The position numbers were made by a program, and so were the translations under genes. Positions 54,890 to 64,000 of a stretch of DNA of 64,000 bases are shown piece by piece; the first letter of the stretch is position 1; the number at the start of each line of letters is the position of its first letter. The DNA is from Octopus vulgaris (Eukaryota). The notes under the pieces are model-generated. The model was not told the DNA's origin. It saw nothing but the letters and a program-made list of their open reading frames with translations, and did not search any database. The DNA is taken from NCBI GenBank assembly GCA_951406725.2, contig OX597823.1, positions 75,020,001 to 75,084,000 on the forward strand. The letters run 5' to 3'.

Positions 54890-55819
54890 GTAATAGAAAG
54901 GATAATGATAATCATGGTGATGACGATGGTGCTAAAATAATATCATAGGTAATAATAATACGGAGATATAAAATAAGATATGTGGCGTATCCTTTGTGGA
55001 AATGTACGTCATGTAGTCTTTTGTTGCACTTAAGTAGTGATTAAGAAATGCATACCGTGTAAAGTCTAAATCAAATAACGTAGAGGTAATCTGAATGAGC
55101 TTTGCTAATTTAGTATAATATTTTCCTCTACTGTTCACTGTTGAAGCGGTAACAGAAAATTATAATCATATAATTTTAAAACGGATTATGTCATGTAGAT
55201 TATGTCATTCACAAGTATCGTTTCAAGAAACCTGTCATGTACTAAAAGTAATATTCAAATCACCGCTCATGAGGAAACATGAATAATGAAGTACAAATGC
55301 AATGTTTCATAATCCTGCAAGAAAGGAGCGTGTAAGACTGAAATGACAAATAAAATATAAAAACAAAAAAATTAAACACAGTACCGGGTATCAAACTGCT
55401 GATATCACAAGTTTTGCTCAATGTTTTGTGAACATTATAAATATTGTAAGGCATGACATGGACAACATGAAATCCAAGTAATCCTTAAGTGTAACGGTTT
55501 TGAGTATGTCTCCAGTAAGGTTGACGTCATGCCACTCCACATTAGACGGCTACTGGAGACTCTGGCCAAAGCCTGTATGGGGAGGATTGCTGCTGGAAGC
55601 CCACAGGTGTAATAGCAGGATTCGGATAATTGCCTTACCTATGGAAAAAGTAAGAGGTGAGTCGGTGAATGTCTACAACTCTATCAGAAATTTTTCTACT
55701 CCCTAATTGCACCGAGTTTTCAATCGCATAGAAAACAATGCGTGTGGGGGGGGGCGCTGATGAAACAGATATACTAAGCCACTTGTGTTTTAATTGATTA
55801 ATATCAAATTTTAGCCTTA

Positions 55820-55864
<45 letters not shown>

Positions 55865-56012
55865 TATATATAGGGATTTCTTGCCCGGATTGGCCTCACT
55901 AGCCACCTCCGGTCTCATAGCAGCAATTCCACCAAATGATGTCAATGGTCATCTTCGAACCCGAAGGACGAACATTATATATATATGCATATATATATAT
56001 ATATATATATAT

Positions 56013-56218
56013 ACCTTATTTAAAAGCAGCAGAAAATTCCTGTTCGTCGGACAGTTTTTGCTAGAATGCTAGCAAAAACTGTCCGACGAACGGGAACGTG
56101 AAACTCAGAGTAACAGGTTTTGTTGAATTTTCTGCTGCTTTTAAATAAAGCATATTACTCTACCACTTGTATTTGAGTACTCTTTTTCCACCTTGTTTCA
56201 CATTTATATGTTTACTCC

Positions 56219-56220
<2 letters not shown>
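56013..56220. mobile_element. Fold-back element 3 in (TA)n, with an internally deleted left arm and ~70-bp one-sided extension
   Basis: Outer arms 56016-56038/56126-56148; inner arms 56037-56064/56069-56096 around a 4-nt loop; (TA)n on both sides. Confidence 0.8.
56079..56116 (+). ncRNA. Minimal hammerhead ribozyme-like motif with CCGACGA core
   Basis: CUGU-CCGACGA-ACG-ggaa-CGU-GAAAC-UCAGA-GUA-ACAG. All three helices can pair; helix III ACUC-A-GAGU is near-palindromic. Confidence 0.7.
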
Positions 56221-56257
<37 letters not shown>

Positions 56258-57030
56258 AATAGCTAGCAGGCGGATTGAATTGTCAGTGAAAAATTATCCC
56301 TTACCAAAGTACGAAATATGTTACAAGAAAAGTAAAAGAAACGATATCTACTACAGTATGTATATGTATGCGTTTGTTTCTGTGTGTGCGTGTGCACCTG
56401 TTTATGTGTATGTGTGTATCTGTTTTGTATTTGTTCGCGTGTGACTGCATATGTGAGAGCTAGCATAACCATCAGTTTAACTAATACATTTGAGCAAACG
56501 ATTTTTCTCTTCACCATGCATTTATTGCATAGCTTGCAAGATTTGTAAATAGATATTTCTACATTTTGTAAGTGTTGAAATTAATAGTACTCGGTTCTGC
56601 TCTATACATAAATCAAAATGACAAATACAATTGGATATAATTGCATGAGACAGATCTGAGCAACTGAAATATTTATTTAAGTACAAATTATGTCTTTCCA
56701 TTATTACAATCTAAATACCTGTAAACATGGAAATTGTGCAGTAACTATAAACAGGAAAGCATGGTTACATTCATTTGTACCCTATCACACAACACCAACA
56801 AATTCACACACAAACACTCACACACAGATGTGTATATATAAATATAAATGTATGTATATATTTATATGTGTGTGTGTGTGCATGCCTGTGCGTATAAGTG
56901 TATATGTGTATATAGTTAAAAAATAAAAACATGCATATATACAAATACGCATTTAAACAAATAACTATATACATATATATATATATGTATGTATGTATGA
57001 ATGTATAAGGACTCATATACATCACCCCCC

Positions 57031-57068
<38 letters not shown>

Positions 57069-57905
57069 GCAGACTGATGAACACCCCATATAAATGTGTG
57101 TTAATGTGTGTGTGTTTGCATTTGTATATATACACAATCCCATGTGTATTTCTCTATGTGTATATTGATATCTGCATTTTTAATACATTATTCTTATTTA
57201 ATTACAGTAACCTATAGAGTTAAATATGTAAATAACTACATTATTATGAATTTACTGTGGTAAACATTCCCGCTCATTGTTAATAATTGTTGATATAATA
57301 CATAAATATTATCAATATGGAAAGTGCCTCCGTATAATGCGTGCGAATTATTAATACTTTGGCTTGCGTATATATATATTGAGAGAACGAACCGGATAGA
57401 AGGATAATGAACAAAATTGATCACTTATTAGGAAATAGTTCAACGGCAAAGATATATATTCTGCTAGTTATCATTCTAGATATCATATTTAAATAGGAAG
57501 CGAGTAATGGGCTAGGTTATTAGAAGTGGTATTTCATCGCTCGAAGGATCGTCGTGTTTTTAAGGTCTTAATTCGGATCCGGTGTATGGCGATTCAGGTT
57601 TCACCTTTTTGTATCATGAGACAGATTAGAAAGAAAAAAAATTCTATCTAGTGAATGTTGTAGCCTTTCATATCTGATATGCAATGTTCTATTAAAACAA
57701 TTAAAATGAATTCAGTAAAATATTTTCTGTGGTTTCCATTGTATGTAGTTTCAGCAAGAATATTTACTCTCACTAGGTGATACTACATCAATAATATTTT
57801 TGGACATATGATAATCTCAGAAGTTATGTGTTCAATAGGTTACTAAGATAATTGATGCGAAGTTGACTCTTTAGATCTTCCAGAGGTCGCTGACCAATTT
57901 CTTCA

Positions 57906-57961
<56 letters not shown>

Positions 57962-57970
57962 TATATACTA

Positions 57971-58052
57971 TATTTAAAAAGCAGCAAAGAGTTTAGACGT
58001 TCCTACTCGTCGGGCAGTTTTTCAATGAACGGGAACGGGAAAATCTGAGTAA
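57971..58052. mobile_element. Decayed, collapsed second copy of fold-back family 3
   Basis: tatttaaaaagcagc..acgttcctactcgtcgggcagtttt then gaacgggaacgggaaaatctgagtaa match both arms of 56013-56220; follows (TA)n. Confidence 0.65.
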
Positions 58053-58058
58053 TACTTA

Positions 58059-58065
<7 letters not shown>

Positions 58066-58156
<91 letters not shown>

Positions 58157-58186
58157 TAATAATACTACTACTACTAATAATAATAA
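58066..58186. repeat. (TAA)n microsatellite
   Basis: Read directly. Confidence 0.97.
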
Positions 58187-58262
58187 GGAATATGATTCCA
58201 AACTTACTGGGAAAAATTCAATTTAGCAATACCAAATCAAATTTCACAATATATAATTCATG

Positions 58263-58293
<31 letters not shown>

Positions 58294-58525
58294 GAAGAAC
58301 GTGTAGTCTATTTACTATTCATATACTATTTAATTATTATTTAGTACTTTATTCAGCGAATTCTACATTATCCTATAAGATCTGTGAATTTAAGGTTCAA
58401 ATTTAGCATCAAATAGTAACTAATCCACTAGACCTTTAGAGCATCATGTGTACATAGGCATAGTCTCTTCTATGCCCTTAATGTTGGCCGGTGGTAAAAT
58501 CTTTAACGATTTTATCCTTTATGAT

Positions 58526-58566
<41 letters not shown>

Positions 58567-58724
58567 TTATTTATTTATATACACATGCACACACACACAC
58601 ACACTCACACACATAAACATATATATATATGTTTATATGCATATACACTCACGCACATATAGAAAGAGAAAAATGGTCAGGTAGATAGATTGATAGACAA
58701 ACAGACAGACGGATAAATAAATAA

Positions 58725-58759
<35 letters not shown>

Positions 58760-59298
58760 TATACAGAAAGAGAGAGAAATCTTCTAGGCATAACTTCATT
58801 AAAATCTAAAACTTCAGTCTCACGTTATCATCTGAAATCTATGCCAAACCGTTCGGTCAAATGTGATTTACACTCAGTAAGGAACGATAGTAATTTAAAA
58901 TTAGTACGAAACATTCAGACAAACTCATTAATTGTATTTATTCTCATTCTTATTTTCTTGATATTTTGGCCCAATATTTTCGTGTATAATGTACTGAACA
59001 CCGATTATTACATAGTATTTCTTGGTGGTATTGTTTGGAAATACTTAAGAATACGGATGTAACTTATAAAAACTAATTATATATACCATACGTGATTCTA
59101 AGATGTGAAAATAGCTCACATCTATAGGTTCAGCATTCCATAAATATAAAAATAGATTGCACAAGCAAAATGTTTATCATGCAACTGTAATTTTATTTGC
59201 TTGTAATCTTAAGGCAAATCGTCCATCGAAGTGTGCATTGCTAAATCGTGGGAAAATAATTAAATGAAAATAAACCATATATTACACAACACAGATGC

Positions 59299-59299
<1 letters not shown>

Positions 59300-59336
<37 letters not shown>

Positions 59337-59416
59337 CAGCGCGCTCTCTTTCCCTTCTCTCTCCCACGCATATACACAAACACACACAAACACATAAACA
59401 AATATAAAAGTATATC

Positions 59417-59471
<55 letters not shown>

Positions 59472-59533
59472 GTATGTGTATATATATATATGCATATATA
59501 TATATATGTATATATATACATACATATATATAT

Positions 59534-59596
<63 letters not shown>
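59300..59596. repeat. (CT)n and long (TA)n/(TACA)n microsatellites
   Basis: Read directly. Confidence 0.97.
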
Positions 59597-59603
<7 letters not shown>

Positions 59604-59771
59604 ATATTAGGGAATGAATCAAAAATAACAGGGAAAAATCAGATTTAGGGTTAAATCCAATTTTATAGTAAAATATTATATAATATAATTCGAGACAAAA
59701 CCACTATTTTAAAACCAAACAAGGAAAGACTTAATCAATACATAAAATTTTAATATAAATTAAATAAACCG

Positions 59772-59814
59772 CCACTACAAATGTTTCATGTCTGCTCCGA
59801 CAATCTTCAGGTGG
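59772..59814 (-). ncRNA. Minimal hammerhead ribozyme, mirror copy
   Basis: Exact reverse complement of 59869-59911. Confidence 0.78.
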
Positions 59815-59868
59815 ATTTTCGATCTTCTAATCAGTATCAAATTTGATACTGATTAGAAGATCGAAAAT

Positions 59869-59911
59869 CCACCTGAAGATTGTCGGAGCAGACATGAAAC
59901 ATTTGTAGTGG
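59869..59911 (+). ncRNA. Minimal type I hammerhead ribozyme
   Basis: CCAC-CUGAAGA-U-UGUC-ggagca-GACA-U-GAAAC-auuu-GUA-GUGG. Intact core; predicted cleavage after 59907. Confidence 0.78.
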
Positions 59912-59994
59912 CGGTTTATTTAATTTATATTAAAATTTTATGTATTGATTAAGTCTTTCCTTGTTTTGTTTTAAAATAGTATTTTGTCTCGAAT

Positions 59995-60037
<43 letters not shown>

Positions 60038-60399
60038 TCAAATACAAATTGCGCTGTGTCACTTTGAGTTTGCTAGTGTTAACAATACTCGCTAAGAAAA
60101 TCCAGACTGGAGATGTAGTGCTCCACGTAAGCTATATTCCACTTAATAATTTCAATGGAGCCAGTACTAGCAGATGGACTTGTATGTAATTGTATAATAT
60201 ACCTCGGTATTTTTGTTTTACATATATTGTGTGAAAATATCATGATGAGGGGAGTGTGAGTTTTAAAAACATGAAATATATCATAGTACTGGGAACGTCT
60301 CTGAAACGGGCCATAGATGCAATATTTCAATTTTTGTGATATTTTGGTGTCATTTTAGTACGTCCTGTTAAGGCTTTATCATCTCAAATTTTTATTACA

Positions 60400-60715
60400 C
60401 CAACATGGGCTCAACTCTCCTTCCCTCTTCATCTAACCATCTCCCTTCGCCTTTCTCTCCTCACAGCTATTTCCCCCCACCATCCTCTCCACTCTTACTC
60501 CGATTCCTACTTCTTCGCTTCACTCCTATTCTCCTTCTCTCTTCACTACTACTCACTTTCTCCTTTCCCCTTCATTGTCACCCCTCCCTTGTAAGCCCAC
60601 CCTACCCCTACACATTCCACCCCACATTTACTATCCTTTCAGAATCTACATATATTCATACATGCATACATACAAAAAATATCCTGATGAAATTCGAATG
60701 AAGGAACGTTGGATC
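60400..60715 (+). repeat. CT-rich interspersed repeat followed by an HHR relic
   Basis: 60537-60625 is homologous to 63267-63358 (ctcttcact..gtaagcccaccc.acccctacac.ttccacccc); ATC-CTGATGA-aattcgaatgaag-GAACGTT-GGAT at 60681-60714. Confidence 0.55.
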
Positions 60716-60817
60716 TAAGTTATTAGGCGGCTCTGTTTCTATTGGCTAGAAATGGATAAAGAGAACTAAATAATACACACATACATAGATACGTACATAC
60801 ATACATACATAAACACA

Positions 60818-61230
60818 CACGAAAGAGTACTAAAAGGTTCCTGGTTTCGTGTAAAAAAGAATACAGGCAAATCACTTACTTATGAGGTAGATTTGTCTCC
60901 TAAATGTGGCTGACAATCAAGGGATGATGGTAGCTGGAGGATATGTCTTCCTGGGGCTATATACTACATTAGCATCGTCCAATTATGGTCAGCCACATTT
61001 AGGTGTTAATTATATCTCACAATGTCGTGCTACTACTGTCCACATCTCGCTCAGAGATTTATTATCGCTTTATTATGATTTTATTGAAAATATTTCCCTC
61101 TGAGATTCACAGATATATTACAGTGGACTTTAAATTTTCCTAAGCCCCGTAAAGAGTCTGCGAAATTTGGAACTCTAGCCTGGCCTTTCAGCAAACCCTT
61201 AAAGTCAGGGGTCTTCCATCACCTCGTATA
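60818..61230. mobile_element. Possible decayed mariner-type MITE
   Basis: Ends acgaaagagtactaaaaggttcctggttt and aagtcaggggtcttccatcacctcgta are loose inverted matches resembling TACGAGG-type mariner TIRs. Confidence 0.35.
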
Positions 61231-61255
61231 TATGGTAACATTTTGTGTATCTATA

Positions 61256-61311
<56 letters not shown>

Positions 61312-61321
<10 letters not shown>

Positions 61322-61720
61322 TGAGAATGTGTGTCTGTCTGTCTGTTTCCCTAAAACTTGAGAACTACACAACCAATTTCATTCAAGTTTTACACATGCC
61401 TTATTTAGGGTCCGGGAAATGTCATCGGCAAAACTTAAAAAAATTTTTGCCTAGGGCGAGCCCACAGCAATATCATATCTTCTCCACTACGATTCCCTAA
61501 AACTTGAGAACTGCAGAACCAATTTCATTCAAATTTTACACATGCCTTACTTTTGGGTCCATGCAGTTTCATGGGCAAAGGAACGTTCGACTTCTTTCCT
61601 AGGGCGAGCCCATAGCAATATCATATCTTCTCCACTATTTCAGTATTACGTATTAAAAGTGAAAGAAAAACTGTTCTCTTTTTTATGTCAGATACTTTCA
61701 CTTTAACAATAAAAATTAGA
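61312..61720 (+). mobile_element. Helitron/Helentron-like non-autonomous repeat with ~145-bp tandem subrepeat
   Basis: Starts tatataaaactgagaatgtgtgtctgtctgtctg; units 61347-61489 and 61493-61637 (ttccctaaaacttgagaact..ctagggcgagccca.agcaatatcatatcttctccacta). The 3' terminus is not clearly identified. Confidence 0.5.
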
Positions 61721-62329
61721 GATAATAATAACAACTGAATTATATTTAGTAAGTAATAATTACAATCAAACTAAATTAAATCGTAACATAACAATTAAAA
61801 TAAAAAATCGCAATTGGTATAAAATGTCATCAATGACTTGAACTTAAATAAGTGGTTTCACATGAATGGGAATACATTAAAAATAAAATTGGTGTGCAGA
61901 AATGGAACAGTCCAGATGGAGCTGTGCACATACCATTTACCACGGCTTTTATAGTAGATTATCTGCTAATTAGCTAGCATTAAGTATCTAAATGAAGCTT
62001 GGCTGTATGTAATATCTGTTTTCTCGAACAGCCGCCTCTACGGAGTACAGCTGTTGGTTTATTTATTATATATAAAGGACTATAGCTTGAACTGCGTACT
62101 GTTTTTTGATTTACCGAAAGGTATGTTGTTATTATTATTGCTGTTTAACTATTGTTATCACGTTTGTTGGTTCCTCGTAAGACAAACGTTATTGTGTTGC
62201 ATTTGTTAAATAATTGTAAACCGCAACCGTCCCCCTTTGGGAGGAGCTTTTATTATTGTTTAAAAATTGAATTGTGTCCCTGTTCGGGGAAATTGACAAT
62301 ATTTGCACCGTTTATATGGAAGCATTTTT

Positions 62330-62835
62330 GTTAAAATGCCTTCGATAGGAGAACATTCAAAAATGAATTTCGCTGCAGCCGTCGGCGGGAGCGAACTCAT
62401 TAAAGTTAAAATGGAAGAAATACAAACCTATTTCGGATTGATCACCGACAAGGACGGTGAATCTAGGATAACACCACCAAACGAAATAGAAAATAAAATT
62501 AAAGAAAAGACTATTGTCTATAAAGTATACAATGTAGAAAAAAATGATTTGAACACCTGGAGAAAAGCACCATCGAAAAGTGTCTTGGTGCGACTATGAA
62601 AGATATCTAACCAAAGGCGGTAAATTCGCCACAACAGAAGCAAAGTTCGAGTCAACGGAGCGTGCAAGGGAGTACTCGACTCAAACCTTGCAAAGTGGGA
62701 ATATTTTACTTTTACCTTTATATAAAAATTAAAAATATCCCCCCAGAAGTAGAGGTAGGCTGGATTGTAGCCACACTTCTATACAAGAGGGATGACAAGA
62801 TACACTTGATTGAAATTGCAAGAGACGGGCCTACA
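62330..62835 (+). mobile_element. Probable LINE ORF1-like fragment, disrupted
   Basis: Non-repetitive coding-like text MNFAAAVGG..EIENKIKEKTIVYKVY and IKIKNIPPEVEVGWIVATLL (RRM-like I-x-I-x-N-I-P-P-E), with stops and frameshifts between. Confidence 0.45.
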
Positions 62836-63239
62836 ATTCCAGTCTGTTATATATTTTGAGTATTGGTGTCACTAGCGATATCAAGATATAACTTTGTATT
62901 TTGTATTTTATGTGTAGATGTATATATATATAGGTGTACATGTAAAATGTACACATATATACATGCACTAGCACTATGACCCAGCAACGACGGGTCATAA
63001 TGCTAGTATATACATATATATATATATATATACATAAATATATACATGTTATTGCATATGTGTATATATATATACCTATATATACATACATATACGTATA
63101 CCATTTACGCATTTATATATATATATATATATATATGCGCGTGTGTGTGTGTATGTGTATAAATGGTGTGTGTAAATATATGTACTATATGCCAATACAG
63201 ACATTAAGTAGATGTTCAGTATAGTTACACGTAATTTAG

Positions 63240-63410
63240 TGAAACCCACATTTTCACGACCACATTTCTCTTCACTCCTACCCACCTTCTCATTTCCCTC
63301 CCACTTCATCCTCAACCTTCGCTCGTAAGCCCACCCCACCCCTACACTTTCCACCCCCAACTCCCCTATCCTTCCCCATTCCTTACACCCAGCAGGCACA
63401 CTTTCAACAT
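63240..63410 (+). repeat. Second copy of the CT-rich interspersed repeat
   Basis: Homologous to 60537-60625. Confidence 0.6.
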
Positions 63411-63719
63411 CGCCTAAACATATACAATATATATATTTTCACTGATGTAAAAAAATGCATTTCATCCGATCTATTGATATCAGTACTTTATTTCTATCCA
63501 ATTACCTTTACTGAAGTATATCATTTTGCTGCGAAGATAGTGACAAATTGTACAACTCGTGTAAGAGTTCACTGATGTCTTACAATTCAGAACGGTAACT
63601 GTGAAAGCATTAATAGCAAAACAGTCTGAAAAAGCAGTTTAGCCATGCATTAGCAACAGTTTTTAAAGAAATGCTACCACCAATAATATTTCTGCTTCCG
63701 ATTACCTCGTTGCTATTAT

Positions 63720-64000
63720 TAGCATCATCATCATCATCATAAACACCAACAACCTGTCTTTCACCATCATGGACATATTCACTATCCTATTCCTCATCAT
63801 TATCAACAACACCGTTCAGTTTGAACGTTTCTCTCATTATTGTCGCCGTTGTTTTCATCACCATCGTCGTTATCATAATCGTTCTCGTCGTCGGCGGCGG
63901 CCTGATCATCATCACCATCATCATCATTTTCGTCATCATCAACATCGTCATCTTCATTTCTGCCGTCACTTTCTCACCGTCGTGGTGATCATCATTATCG
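63720..64000. repeat. Degenerate (ATC)/(GTC)n trinucleotide tract
   Basis: Read directly. Confidence 0.9.

Larger units (their letters stand above)
59596..60005. mobile_element. Fold-back element 2 in (TA)n: spacerless palindrome 59677-60005 with ~80-bp one-sided extension
   Basis: Centre at 59841/59842 (..tatcaaa|tttgata..). The inner 125 bp of each arm are exact reverse complements, with 3 differences further out; an HHR in each arm. Confidence 0.85.

Noticed and set aside
55480-55665. GC-balanced island with splice-like signals on both strands
   Set aside because: No frame gives a recognisable protein; it could be a TE fragment or non-coding exon.

Overview
AT-rich eukaryotic (animal) genomic DNA dense in microsatellites. 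Its SINE families resemble those I recall from octopus genomes, so an octopus or other cephalopod origin is likely (inference, no search run). I find no intact host protein-coding gene; almost all listed ORFs are microsatellite or repeat translations, so this is probably intergenic DNA or a large intron. It holds decayed mobile elements: a Penelope-like element (PLE; RT + GIY-YIG, 1-1160), several R4/Dong-type RLE LINE fragments, mariner/Tc1 remnants, a possible Crypton remnant, a Helitron-like repeat and about 20 tRNA-derived SINE copies. The most notable signal is a set of short non-coding fold-back elements in (TA)n tracts (24807-25297, 56013-56220, 59596-60005, plus a relic at 57971-58052). 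The three main elements are unrelated in sequence, yet each carries a minimal hammerhead ribozyme (HHR) motif. It is complete on both strands in two of them and complete on one strand in the third. In each, one arm has an unpaired extension of about 70-80 nt. Four further solo HHR relics occur, and two unrelated families share a CCGANGA core variant. Motifs and pairings were read by eye and no activity is shown.
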